Positions 20,015 through 29,824 of a stretch of DNA of 64,000 bases are shown here, one piece after another (positions within the stretch are counted from its first letter, which is position 1; each line of letters starts with the position of its first letter). The notes under the pieces are model-generated. The model did not search any database, was not told the origin of the DNA, and was given only the letters and a program-made list of their open reading frames with translations. Made by a program: the position numbers and the translations under genes. Source of the DNA: Syntrophales bacterium. Its GTDB lineage: Bacteria; Desulfobacterota; Syntrophia; Syntrophales; UBA2210. The stretch is from assembly GCA_963662405.2 (NCBI GenBank), contig CAXXKT010000001.1, positions 2,688,001 through 2,752,000 of the forward strand. The letters are read 5' to 3'.

Positions 20015-21094
20015 ATGAAGAATAAACGAACAATATGGCTTTTTATCCTGATACTGCTTCTGTTGACAGGATGTGGAATATCCTTTGCCGGTCAGTTCCC
20101 CGATACCGGGCAGACCACCTGTTATGATGCCGCGGGGAATGTGATTCCCTGTCCCCAGCCGGGCGAGGCTTTCTACGGCCAGGATGCTCAGTGTGCGGGG
20201 CCCGCCCGGTCGTACATAAAGCTGGGGGAAAACGGCGTTCAGCTGCCCGATACCGCCACCCAGGCCGGCGGCTGGATTATGATCAAGGACAACGTCACCG
20301 GCCTTGTCTGGGAGATCAAAACCGACGATGAGTCCATTCGCGACAGGGATAACACATATAATTGGTACGACTCAAGTAATGTTTTTATTGTCACATTGAA
20401 CGCACAGAACTTTGGGGGCTATTCCGACTGGCGGATGCCGACTGTGAAGGAGTTATCCTCACTGGTCAACAGCGGCACATATGATCCGGCCATAGACACC
20501 GCGTGGTTTCCCCACACGAGATGGTCTCGCTATTGGTCGTCTACTCCCGACGCCGGCAATGTGAGCAAAGCGTGGCGGGTGGAGTTCGGCAGCGGCTACG
20601 TCTACTCCCTCGGCGATAAGTATGATTGTTATTCTGTGCGCGCCGTTCGCGGAGAGTCGTCGAGCTCTTCCGGCTGTCTCGTAGACAACGAGGACGGAAC
20701 AGTAACCGACACGGAAACCGGACTGATGTGGCAGAAAGCGACGGCGCCCGGCGAATACACCTGGCAAGAGGCGTTGGCATATGCCGCAGGACTCACACTG
20801 GGGGGATATTCCGACTGGCGGCTGCCGAACCGCAATGAACAGCAGACCCTGATAGACTATTCCCGATACGATCCGGCCATCGATCCATTACTGCAGGAGG
20901 ACACGGAGACCAACTATTGGTTGTCTACTACCGACGCCTATTCTACGGACGACGCGTGGTGCGTGTACTTCTCCACCGGCTCCGTCGCCAGCTACGATAA
21001 GTCGAATAGTAGTTGTGTGCGCGCCGTTCGTGATTGGAATCCGTCAAAGGCCATGCCCTGGATACCGCTGCTGTTGCTTAAAAATCCAGAATAA
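20015..21094 (+). CDS. Secreted protein with two DUF1566 (Lcl C-terminal, C-type-lectin-like) domains
   Basis: PDTGQTTCY...FYGQD N-terminus and two D..TGL.W / GGYSDWR.P / YW.ST / VRAVR domains; ends MPWIPLLLLKNPE. Confidence 0.93.
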   Translation: MKNKRTIWLFILILLLLTGCGISFAGQFPDTGQTTCYDAAGNVIPCPQPGEAFYGQDAQCAGPARSYIKLGENGVQLPDTATQAGGWIMIKDNVTGLVWEIKTDDESIRDRDNTYNWYDSSNVFIVTLNAQNFGGYSDWRMPTVKELSSLVNSGTYDPAIDTAWFPHTRWSRYWSSTPDAGNVSKAWRVEFGSGYVYSLGDKYDCYSVRAVRGESSSSSGCLVDNEDGTVTDTETGLMWQKATAPGEYTWQEALAYAAGLTLGGYSDWRLPNRNEQQTLIDYSRYDPAIDPLLQEDTETNYWLSTTDAYSTDDAWCVYFSTGSVASYDKSNSSCVRAVRDWNPSKAMPWIPLLLLKNPE

Positions 21095-21243
21095 TGATCA
21101 CTTCAGTTGGGTCGTGGTAATTGATAATATATTCTTGGTCCTTTTTGATGATTGCCGTATGTAATATAATATTACGATTGTAATACCTGAAAACGACACT
21201 TCGGGAAGAAAGGTGTCAGCATTCAACCAACAACCCTGTCTCC

Positions 21244-22590
21244 CTATCCCATAACCTCCTTCAGAACATCTTCGACCAGTGTCCGTATAGTGTTGAGCCT
21301 CTCTTCCGTCTTTGCCTCGAAGCGCAGGACCAGGACGGGCTGGGTGTTGGAGGCACGGACGAGTCCCCAGCCATCATCGAACCGGACGCGCACGCCGTCA
21401 ATGTCGATCACGTCATACTCAGCCGCAAACCGCTCCTTGACCCGCTCGACGACATCAAACTTGATGTCGTCGGGGCAGTCGATTCGTATCTCGGGGGTAC
21501 TGAAGGTCCGGGGGACATCCGCGAGGAGTTCGCTGGGTGTCAGGTTCGTCAGAGAGAGGATCTCGAGGAGGCGCGCCGATGCGTATATGGCGTCGTCATA
21601 GCCGAAATAGCGATCCGCGAAGAAGATATGCCCGCTCATCTCCCCCGCCAGCAGGGCTAGTTCTTCCTTCATCTTTCCCTTGATCAGTGAATGTCCCGCC
21701 TTCCACATGATCCCTCGTCCCCCTTTTTGAGCGATGTCGTCGTAGAGCGTCTGGGAACATTTGACCTCCCCGATGATGGTGGCGCCGGGATTCTCTTGCA
21801 GGATGGCACGTGAAAAGAGGAGGAGGAGCTCATCCCCCCGGACGATCTCGCCCTTGTCCGTGACGACGCCGATCCGATCCGCGTCGCCGTCGAATGCGAT
21901 GCCGATATCCGCCATTTCCTCCCTCACCAGGTCGATGAGACCGGTGAGGTTTTCCTCGACCGTCGGATCGGGGAAATGGTTGGGGAAGCGGCCGTCCATC
22001 TCACAGTAGAGGGGCATGATGGAACAGCCGAACCGTTGCAGGAGGGGGACGGTAAAGAATCCTCCCACGCCGTTTCCTCCGTCGATAACTACCTTCAGGC
22101 CTTCGCGTATCGTGACGCCCTTGAAGAGGTGATCCTGATAGGCCTGGGCGACGTTTTCCTGATGGAACGATCCCTCGCCCGATGCGTACCGGTCTTTCTC
22201 CATGATTGTTCGCAGTTCCTGTATGTCGTCCCCGTAGATGGTGTCCGGACCGATGCAAATCTTGAATCCATTGAACTCCGGGGGGTTGTGGCTCCCCGTC
22301 ACCATGACGCCGCCGCCGGTGTCCAGGTGCCTGATGGAGTAGTAAAGCATGGGGGTGGCGCACAGGCCGATATCGATCACGTCGATCCCGGCGGCACGAA
22401 GTCCTCCCATGATTGCCCCATGATATTCTTCGGAGCTGAGCCGGCAGTCTCTCCCGACGGTCATGTCCTGAACGCCCCGTTCCTTTCCGTATGTCCCGAT
22501 GGCCCTCCCCAGGTTGTAGACAAAATCGTAATCAAGATCGGCCCCGACGAGCCCCCTGACATCATATTCCCTGAATACCTGCGGATTCAT
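21244..22590 (-). CDS. Phosphomannomutase/phosphoglucomutase
   Basis: FREYDVRG, TGSHNP, FDGDADR, GEMSGH and RASNTQP motifs. Confidence 0.96.
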   Translation of the reverse strand: MNPQVFREYDVRGLVGADLDYDFVYNLGRAIGTYGKERGVQDMTVGRDCRLSSEEYHGAIMGGLRAAGIDVIDIGLCATPMLYYSIRHLDTGGGVMVTGSHNPPEFNGFKICIGPDTIYGDDIQELRTIMEKDRYASGEGSFHQENVAQAYQDHLFKGVTIREGLKVVIDGGNGVGGFFTVPLLQRFGCSIMPLYCEMDGRFPNHFPDPTVEENLTGLIDLVREEMADIGIAFDGDADRIGVVTDKGEIVRGDELLLLFSRAILQENPGATIIGEVKCSQTLYDDIAQKGGRGIMWKAGHSLIKGKMKEELALLAGEMSGHIFFADRYFGYDDAIYASARLLEILSLTNLTPSELLADVPRTFSTPEIRIDCPDDIKFDVVERVKERFAAEYDVIDIDGVRVRFDDGWGLVRASNTQPVLVLRFEAKTEERLNTIRTLVEDVLKEVMG

Positions 22591-22736
22591 ATCTTCTCCC
22601 CCGAAACGGTGATTTGCCGACTCCTACCATATCCGCCCACTTTAGACAATATGTCTTCTCCGATATCAGTTGACACCCGCCGGATGCCATGTTAGGGTGA
22701 CAACAATTCACGAAAGAATTACCGGGAGGTAGGAAT

Positions 22737-23777
22737 ATGGCGTGGCAGGACGATGACGGAAACCCCTGGGGCAACCAGCAGCCACCCGATCTGAAAGAGG
22801 CGATCGAAAAGTTCAAGAAGTCGTTTCCCTTCAAGGTCCCATTCGGTGGAAAGTTCGGTTTGATCCCCGTGATAGTAGTAGCCTTGTTGATTTTCTGGCT
22901 TGTATCCGGGATCTATTTTGTTGCCCCTGACGAGGTTGGCGTGGTCAAGAGATTCGGTAAGGCGGTTCGCACCACGACACCGGGACCCCATTACCATGCC
23001 CCGATGCCGATAGAGACGGTCCTGAAACCGACGGTGACGCAGGTGCGGAGGATCGAGATCGGGTTCAGGACGATCGGAGACCGTCAGCTCGGCAAGCTCA
23101 GGGCAGTAACGGACGAGAGTCTGATGCTCACCAAGGCCGAGAACATAGTGAACTTGACCTTTATCGTCCAGTACAAGATCAAGGATGCGGCCGCGTATCT
23201 GTTTAACCTGAAAGATCAGGACAAGACGGTCAAGGATGCCGCGGAGGCGGCCATGCGTGAAACGGCCGGAGAAAATGAGATCGATGATATCCTGACGACC
23301 GGCAAGTTTCAGATCCAGCAGGACACGAAGGCAATCCTCCAGCAGATATTGGACGAATACAAGGCCGGGATTCATATCGTGGCCGTTCAGCTTCAGGATG
23401 TCCATCCCCCCGATGAGGTGATGGCCGCCTTCAAGGATGTGGCCAGTGCGAAGGAAGACAAGGCCAAGATGGTCAACGACGCGCATGGCTACAGCAATGA
23501 GATCCTCCCGAAGGCGAAGGGGAAGGCATCCCAGATCGTCAACGATGCCATTGCCTATAAGGAATCGAAGATCATCTCCGCAGAGGGGGATGTGAGCCGG
23601 TTTCTGCAGGTCCTGGAGCAGTACAAGACTGCACAGGAAGTGACTAAGAAGAGACTGTATATCGAAATGATGGAAGAGGTCCTGCCGGGGATAGAGAAGG
23701 TGATTGTTGCCGAAGGGATCGGTCGGAATATACTTCCCCATCTTTCACTTGATAAGAAGAATATAACCACGAAGTAG
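22737..23777 (+). CDS. hflK: FtsH modulator HflK
   Basis: MAWQ...NPWG..QPPDL, SPFH domain, QLQDVHPPDEV..AF.DV. Confidence 0.95.
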   Translation: MAWQDDDGNPWGNQQPPDLKEAIEKFKKSFPFKVPFGGKFGLIPVIVVALLIFWLVSGIYFVAPDEVGVVKRFGKAVRTTTPGPHYHAPMPIETVLKPTVTQVRRIEIGFRTIGDRQLGKLRAVTDESLMLTKAENIVNLTFIVQYKIKDAAAYLFNLKDQDKTVKDAAEAAMRETAGENEIDDILTTGKFQIQQDTKAILQQILDEYKAGIHIVAVQLQDVHPPDEVMAAFKDVASAKEDKAKMVNDAHGYSNEILPKAKGKASQIVNDAIAYKESKIISAEGDVSRFLQVLEQYKTAQEVTKKRLYIEMMEEVLPGIEKVIVAEGIGRNILPHLSLDKKNITTK

Positions 23778-23796
23778 CAGGGTGCGGAGGCTGGGA

Positions 23797-24645
23797 ATGA
23801 AGACAAAGGGAAAGCTGGGTATCGGAGCCGCTCTGATCGTGATTCTGGTCGCGTCTCTTTCGATCTTTACCGTGGATCAGACGCAGCAGGCGATCGTCAT
23901 ACAGCTCGGGAAACCGCTGAAAGGGATATATGGTCCCGGGCTCCACTTCAAGGTGCCCTTCATTCAGCAGGTTGTTCAGTTCGAACGGCGGATATTGGTG
24001 TACGACGCGACACCGACCGAAATCCTGACACGGGACAAGAAGAATCTTGTGGTGGACAACTATACGAAGTGGGCTATCGAGGATCCGCTCAGATTTTACA
24101 CGACGGTGCGAAACGAGGATGGAGCGCAATCGCGGCTGGACGATATCGTGTACGCGCAGCTTCGGGTCGAGCTTGGTAAGCATGACCTGTCGGATATTGT
24201 CTCGACGACCCGTGATATCATCATGACGAAGGTGACGAAGAAGGCCGCCGAGCGTGCCGGGGATTACGGTATCCGCGTCGTCGACGTGAGGATCAAGCGG
24301 GCGGATCTGCCGGAACAGAATGAGAAGCATGTCTTCGGCCGGATGAAGGCGGAACGGGAACGGCAGGCGAAGCAGTACCGTTCCGAGGGTGAAGAGGAGT
24401 CCAAGAAGATCACGGCGAAGGCCGATATGGAACGGACGATCATTCTGGCGAAGGCCTACAAGGAGTCGGAGCAGATGAAGGGTGAGGGGGATGCCCGGGC
24501 GGTCAAGATATATGCCGACGCGTATCAAAAGGACGTTCGGTTCTATGAGTATATCAGAAGCCTTGAGGCCTACAAGAAGGCCCTCAAGGAGGATGCAAAA
24601 CTGGTGATCGGCGCTGATTCTGAGTTTTTCAAGTTCCTGAATTGA
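23797..24645 (+). CDS. hflC: FtsH modulator HflC
   Basis: PGLHFKVPFIQ, LTRDKKNLVVD, DVRIKRADLP, RMKAERER; follows hflK. Confidence 0.95.
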   Translation: MKTKGKLGIGAALIVILVASLSIFTVDQTQQAIVIQLGKPLKGIYGPGLHFKVPFIQQVVQFERRILVYDATPTEILTRDKKNLVVDNYTKWAIEDPLRFYTTVRNEDGAQSRLDDIVYAQLRVELGKHDLSDIVSTTRDIIMTKVTKKAAERAGDYGIRVVDVRIKRADLPEQNEKHVFGRMKAERERQAKQYRSEGEEESKKITAKADMERTIILAKAYKESEQMKGEGDARAVKIYADAYQKDVRFYEYIRSLEAYKKALKEDAKLVIGADSEFFKFLN

Positions 24646-24782
24646 TAAGCCGATACGAAGACGCAATGCAATGGTTTTCGTGACGTGGAGTGAGAGAATT
24701 TCAATTTCTCCTTGACTTTCCGGGTTTTTGACGGTAGGTGATACCCAAAACGTGAGAGATGTATCCAGGAAGGGAAGAGAAT

Positions 24783-24854
24783 ATGTTTGAGCTGTTGGGC
24801 AACTTTTTTAGCTTTTTTGGTTTTTTTGGTGAGGTCTGCCCTCTGAGCTCTTGA
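24783..24854 (+). CDS. Phe-rich attenuator leader peptide MFELLGNFFSFFGFFGEVCPLSS
   Basis: Purine-rich RBS (ggaagggaagaga); 7 Phe codons in 23 aa, including three FF pairs; directly upstream of a terminator. Confidence 0.8.
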   Translation: MFELLGNFFSFFGFFGEVCPLSS

Positions 24855-24868
24855 CACAAAGCTGTATG

Positions 24869-24913
24869 AGCCGTGGGCAGACCGAGCAACTGCCCACGGC
24901 TTTTTTTATTTTT
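24869..24913 (+). terminator. Attenuator terminator 1
   Basis: Perfect 12-bp stem AGCCGTGGGCAG/CTGCCCACGGCT, 9-nt loop, T-rich tail. Confidence 0.88.
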
Positions 24914-24914
24914 G

Positions 24915-24946
24915 GGGCCGTGGATAATCCACGGCCCTTTTTATTT
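24915..24946 (+). terminator. Second tandem terminator-like hairpin in the leader
   Basis: GGGCCGTGGA-taa-TCCACGGCCC followed by tttttattt. Confidence 0.7.
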
Positions 24947-24964
24947 CAAAGGGAGGGAAAGGCA

Positions 24965-26164
24965 ATGCGGAAAATATGGTGTATCATCATAGGCGTACTT
25001 CTTGTCCTGGGGATGGCCCCGGGCCTGCACGCGAAGGCGATCAAGGTGGGCGCGGCGATCAATCTGACCGGTCCCGCCTCCACCTGGGGACAGTTCCACG
25101 CGAAAGGCCTGCGGGATTATTTCCGGTATGTCAATGAGGTCAAGGGAGGCGTGGACGGGAACCGGATAGAGATGCTCCTCGTGGATACCATGTACAAGGT
25201 TCCCGAAGCGGTAGCGGCGGTCAGAAAATTCGCCGTCAGCGACCGGGTTGATATGATCGCAACCTGGGGAGCGGGAGAGGGACTTGCGGCAAAACCGATC
25301 ATTCAGCGCTACAAGATCCCCACAATCAATTACTCCACGAGCTGGGAAATTCTTGAAGAACCAATCGATTTTATGTATCTTCCTTTTGGAAGCTACCGGC
25401 TCGACTGCTATGCGATCCTGGAATACATCGCTGCAAACCACAAGGGGGAAAATCCGCCGAAGGTTGGTCTCCTGACGTACAACAATGCCTACGGACGGTC
25501 GATACATAAACCAAGCAGGGAATATGCGGAGAAACATGGGATCGATATCGTCGCAATCGAGGAGTTCCCCCCGAAGACGCTCGACCTGACTACGGAGCTG
25601 TTGAAACTGCAAAAGAACGGTGCGGAGTACATCTTCATGCAGATGCTCCCCGCGGCGATCATCACCACCTTCAAATGCGCCGACAGGATCGAGTATGCTC
25701 CCCAGTTCTTCGGGACCTGGACCTCGACGGATCCTGATTTCTTTACCATGGGAGACGGTCTGATCAGGGATCGATTGAAGATGCAGTTCCCCGGCGGATT
25801 GCCCGTCGACAAGGGTGAGGGGATTACGATCATGGAGGACATGTGGAAGCGATACGGCACGGTCGACTCTTTTGACGCCTCCTACTGGGAAGGAGTGGTC
25901 CTGGGGATGATCATGGAGCGTGCATTCGTCCGTGCCCAGGAAAAGTATGGGAAGGTGACGAGAGAAACCATCAACAAGGCGATGGAATCCTTTTCAAATG
26001 AACGATTCGGTGGGCTTATGCCTGACGTTTCCTATTCGAAGACGAATCACGAGGGCTCCTTCACGGCGCGGATCGTCAGGGTCTCGGAGGAGGGAACATA
26101 CCGTCCTGTTACCAACTTTTTCGTGCCCGGCAAGGGAGAGATAGAGGTTCTGGAGGGCAAATGA
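24965..26164 (+). CDS. ABC transporter substrate-binding protein, LIV/HAAT family
   Basis: Signal peptide, IKVGAAINLTGPA, YVNEVKGGVDG; RBS gggagg. Confidence 0.93.
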   Translation: MRKIWCIIIGVLLVLGMAPGLHAKAIKVGAAINLTGPASTWGQFHAKGLRDYFRYVNEVKGGVDGNRIEMLLVDTMYKVPEAVAAVRKFAVSDRVDMIATWGAGEGLAAKPIIQRYKIPTINYSTSWEILEEPIDFMYLPFGSYRLDCYAILEYIAANHKGENPPKVGLLTYNNAYGRSIHKPSREYAEKHGIDIVAIEEFPPKTLDLTTELLKLQKNGAEYIFMQMLPAAIITTFKCADRIEYAPQFFGTWTSTDPDFFTMGDGLIRDRLKMQFPGGLPVDKGEGITIMEDMWKRYGTVDSFDASYWEGVVLGMIMERAFVRAQEKYGKVTRETINKAMESFSNERFGGLMPDVSYSKTNHEGSFTARIVRVSEEGTYRPVTNFFVPGKGEIEVLEGK

Positions 26165-26982
26165 AGGCTTTTCGCGGTCAGCCCGACATCTTTAAGGCCA
26201 TATCCGGCGACGGTAAACGTGCCGATCTAACAGTTGCCGATCTATCACTGCGTTTCGGAGGACTGACGGCCCTGAGCAATGTCGGTTTTGAGGTACAGAC
26301 CGGTGAACTGTTCGCTATTATCGGTCCCAACGGTGCGGGAAAAACCAGCCTTTTAAATTGTTTGACCGGGTTTTATCGACCGCAGGAAGGGGTGATTCTC
26401 TTCAACGGCAAAGACATCACAAACCTGCCGACCCACGGACTGGTCAGTCGCGGCGTCGGCAGGACCTTTCAAAATATCGAACTGTTCCCTGGGATGACCG
26501 TCCTGTCGAATATGCTCCTGGCGCGTCATTCACTGTGCGGTTATGGCCTGGGACGGGCGCTCCTTTTCCTGCCCGGGGTACGCAGGGAAGAGATACGGCA
26601 TCGTCTCGTGGTGGAAGAACTGATCGATTTCCTGGAGATGCAGGCGATTCGAAAGAAACCGGTCGGATCTCTTCCTTACGGACTGCGCAAACGGGTCGAA
26701 CTCGGGCGGGCACTGGCGCTTGAACCGAAGCTCCTGGTCCTGGACGAACCCTTTGCCGGTATGAATCTCGAGGAGAAGGAAGACATGGTGCGGTTCCTCT
26801 CCGAACTGAACGGTCAGTGGGGGCAGACCATGATACTTGTCGAACATGATATGTCGATTGTTATGACCATATCGAACCGCGTGATGGTATTGAATTTCGG
26901 GGAAAAGCTCGCAGAGGGGACCCCCGAGGAAGTACAAAACGACCCAGAGGTCATACGGGCGTATCTGGGAGATGCACAGTGA
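26161..26982 (+). CDS. ABC ATP-binding protein, LivG-like
   Basis: GPNGAGKT, GRTFQN, LPYG, LDEP and VIRAYLG motifs. Confidence 0.95.
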   Translation: MKAFRGQPDIFKAISGDGKRADLTVADLSLRFGGLTALSNVGFEVQTGELFAIIGPNGAGKTSLLNCLTGFYRPQEGVILFNGKDITNLPTHGLVSRGVGRTFQNIELFPGMTVLSNMLLARHSLCGYGLGRALLFLPGVRREEIRHRLVVEELIDFLEMQAIRKKPVGSLPYGLRKRVELGRALALEPKLLVLDEPFAGMNLEEKEDMVRFLSELNGQWGQTMILVEHDMSIVMTISNRVMVLNFGEKLAEGTPEEVQNDPEVIRAYLGDAQ

Positions 26983-28928
26983 ACCGAAACCCGGAGGCCT
27001 CGAAACTCGATACGAAGATGCATCAGAATCCCGAGGGATGGCAGACACTTCCGCAGACCCTCATGGGCCAGGCGGAAAGATATGGGGACCGCATCGCCAT
27101 CCGCGAGAAGGCGTATGGGATATGGCAGAGCTACACGTGGCGGGATTACCGTGCATTTACAAAGAAGGTGGGGTTGGGACTGTGCGCCCTCGGGCTGACA
27201 AGGGGTGATAATATCGGCGTTGTTATGGACAATCACCCCGAATGGCTCTTCAGTCAGTTGGGCGGTCAGGCCCTCGGTGCCGTTATACTTAATCTCTTTA
27301 CCTCCGCCGTCAGCAGCGAGATCGCGGGAACCCTCAATAGAATCAATGCCGCATATGTCATCGTGCAGGACCAGGAACAGGCGGACAAGCTGCTCGACAT
27401 GCGCGACAGCCTCTCCCATGTACGGAAGGTGATCTACGTGGACCGGACCGGGATGAGCGGACCATACCGGGACGATGACTGGCTGATCAGCTTCGCAGAA
27501 CTGCTGGAGAGAGGGGAGGCTTTGGACCGGAAGGAACCCGAGCTCTTCCTCCGGGAGGTGGGGAAGGGGAGGCCGGATGATATTGCCCTGATGATTATGA
27601 CATCGGGGACGACCGGGATCTCCAAACTGGCGATGATGTCGCACAGCAACTTTGCCGCAATGGCGGAAAGTTGGCTGGAGACGCTCCCCGTGGGAATGGA
27701 GGTGGACTGGCTGTCCATGTCCCCCCCCGCATGGATCGTCGATCAGATGTGGACGGGGGTCGCACTGGTCGGGGGGATGACGATGAATTTTCCCGAGACG
27801 CACGAGACGGTCATGGAGGATTTTCGCGAGTTGGGCCCCACGGTTATCATCACCTCGTCCCGTTTCTGGGAGGACCTGGCCTCGACGATCCGCGTCAAGA
27901 TAGGGGATGCCGGACCGATGAGGAGGGCGCTCTTCCGCGTGGCGGAGCGTATCGGCGGGAAGATCACGGACCTGAAGGCCGAGCGGAAAGATCCGGGGTT
28001 CTTATTGCGCTGTGCGGGGTGGCTGGTTTCTCTCACCATATTTCGCCCCCTTCTGGACCGGGTCGGTTGTGCGCGGTTTCACAGCGCATACACAGGGGGA
28101 CATCCGATCAGCCCCGACGTGATACGCTTTTTCCGTTCCCTCGGGTTGAACCTCAAACAGTGTTACGGCCTGACGGAATCGGGGGGGATCTTTCAGGTCC
28201 AGCCCGATGACGAAATCAAGCCGGAAACGGTCGGGAAACCGTTGTCGGGGATGACGGTAAAGATCTCAGAGGATCAGGAGGTTTTTCTCTCCAGCAAGGC
28301 GGTTTTCCGAGGGTATTACAACGATTTCGAGGCTACCCGTGCCGCTTTTGTGGATGGGTGGCTGAGCACCGGTGATGCCGGATACATCGATGATGACGGC
28401 CATCTCGTCATCATCGGGCGCCGGGAAGAGATCATCCGCAACAAGCAGGGTGAGGCCTTTTCTCCCGATTTTATAGAGACGCGTCTCAAGTTCAGCACCT
28501 ACATCCGCGAGGCGGTCACCTTTGGTGAGGGACGTCCCTACATCACCGCGCTGATCAACATCGACATGGGAAACGTCGGTAACTGGGCCGAGGAGCGAAT
28601 GATTCCCTATACCACCTACACCGACCTTTCGCAGCGACGGGAGGTCGAGGACCTTGTGCGCGGGGAAATCCTGGCGGTGAATGAACGCCTGCCGGATGCA
28701 ATGAAAATCCGCCGATTCATTCTCCTCTACAAGCTCCTCGACGCCGACGACGAGGAGCTGACACGGACCGGGAAGGTGCGCAGGAGATTTGTCTACGGGC
28801 TCTACCTGAAACTGATCAATGCCATGTATGAAGATGCGGATGATGTGGATGTAAAGACGACGATCCGCTATCGAGACGGGCAGGTGGGGACGTTGGAGAC
28901 CCGCGTCCGTATATTGAAACTTGATTGA
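26979..28928 (+). CDS. AMP-dependent acyl-CoA synthetase (long-chain fatty acid-CoA ligase-like)
   Basis: TSGTTG, YGLTE, TGDAG and ELTRTGKVRR motifs. Confidence 0.93.
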   Translation: MNRNPEASKLDTKMHQNPEGWQTLPQTLMGQAERYGDRIAIREKAYGIWQSYTWRDYRAFTKKVGLGLCALGLTRGDNIGVVMDNHPEWLFSQLGGQALGAVILNLFTSAVSSEIAGTLNRINAAYVIVQDQEQADKLLDMRDSLSHVRKVIYVDRTGMSGPYRDDDWLISFAELLERGEALDRKEPELFLREVGKGRPDDIALMIMTSGTTGISKLAMMSHSNFAAMAESWLETLPVGMEVDWLSMSPPAWIVDQMWTGVALVGGMTMNFPETHETVMEDFRELGPTVIITSSRFWEDLASTIRVKIGDAGPMRRALFRVAERIGGKITDLKAERKDPGFLLRCAGWLVSLTIFRPLLDRVGCARFHSAYTGGHPISPDVIRFFRSLGLNLKQCYGLTESGGIFQVQPDDEIKPETVGKPLSGMTVKISEDQEVFLSSKAVFRGYYNDFEATRAAFVDGWLSTGDAGYIDDDGHLVIIGRREEIIRNKQGEAFSPDFIETRLKFSTYIREAVTFGEGRPYITALINIDMGNVGNWAEERMIPYTTYTDLSQRREVEDLVRGEILAVNERLPDAMKIRRFILLYKLLDADDEELTRTGKVRRRFVYGLYLKLINAMYEDADDVDVKTTIRYRDGQVGTLETRVRILKLD

Positions 28929-28945
28929 AACAGGAGTGCTGTCAT

Positions 28946-29824
28946 ATGGAATTCTTTATCCATCTTTTGGTGAACGGCTTGAGTATCGGTTTTCTCTATG
29001 GCTTGGCGGCCATGGGGTTCGTCATGATATTCAAATCTTCCAGTGTCCTCAATTTTGCGCACGGAGAGCTGATGGCCCTGGGGGCATTTGTCTTCCTGGT
29101 CCTGATCGGGTGGGCGGGTTTGCCGGTCTACCTGGCCTTTCCCCTGGCCCTTGTCGGCTGTTTTATCCTGGGATTTGTCGTGGAGCGCATCTTTCTGCGG
29201 CCCCTGATCGGAGAACCCCTCATCTATGTCATTATGCTCACCGTGGGGCTCGCCTCGATATTCAAAGGGATTATGCTGTTCATATGGGGTGGAAACCTCT
29301 ATACATTCCCCGATTTTCTCCCTGCCGGTATCGCCGTTCACTGGGGGAGCATCCATATTCCCCCCGTGTATGTCGTGTCGATCGCGATCGGTCTGATTTT
29401 TCTCATACTCTTCGGCCTCTTTTTCAAGTATTCCTCGCAGGGGATTTACATGCGATCGGTCGCGGATAACCAGCCGGCCGCCCTCTCACTGGGGGTGCAC
29501 GTGCGGAAGGTCTTTGCCCTTTCCTGGGGCATCGCGGCCCTCGTAGCGGGGATGAGCGGGATTGTCCTCGGTATCATCAACGGGATCAATGTTCATGACC
29601 TCTCCTCCATCGGCCTCAAGGTTTTCCCCGTCGTCATCCTGGGAGGATTAGACAGTATTGGCGGGGCCGTGATCGGAGGGCTCATTATCGGTCTCCTGGA
29701 GACATTCACCGGCGGGTACCTGTCGACATCGCTCCGTGACGTCATTCCCTACATCGCATTGGTATTCATCCTGATGGTAAAACCGTACGGTCTCTTCGGC
29801 CTGGTGGAGATAGAAAGGGTATGA
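28946..29824 (+). CDS. ABC permease, LivH-like
   Basis: NFAHGE and ILGGLDSIGGA motifs. Confidence 0.95.
   Translation: MEFFIHLLVNGLSIGFLYGLAAMGFVMIFKSSSVLNFAHGELMALGAFVFLVLIGWAGLPVYLAFPLALVGCFILGFVVERIFLRPLIGEPLIYVIMLTVGLASIFKGIMLFIWGGNLYTFPDFLPAGIAVHWGSIHIPPVYVVSIAIGLIFLILFGLFFKYSSQGIYMRSVADNQPAALSLGVHVRKVFALSWGIAALVAGMSGIVLGIINGINVHDLSSIGLKVFPVVILGGLDSIGGAVIGGLIIGLLETFTGGYLSTSLRDVIPYIALVFILMVKPYGLFGLVEIERV

Noticed and set aside
21095..21243. DGR template repeat or RT downstream of the DUF1566 gene
   Set aside because: AT-rich spacer with no similarity to the variable regions; I saw no reverse transcriptase anywhere in the window.
24851..24964. 38-aa N-terminal extension of the binding protein from TTG 24851
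   Set aside because: It runs through both terminator hairpins; the RBS and signal peptide fit ATG 24965.
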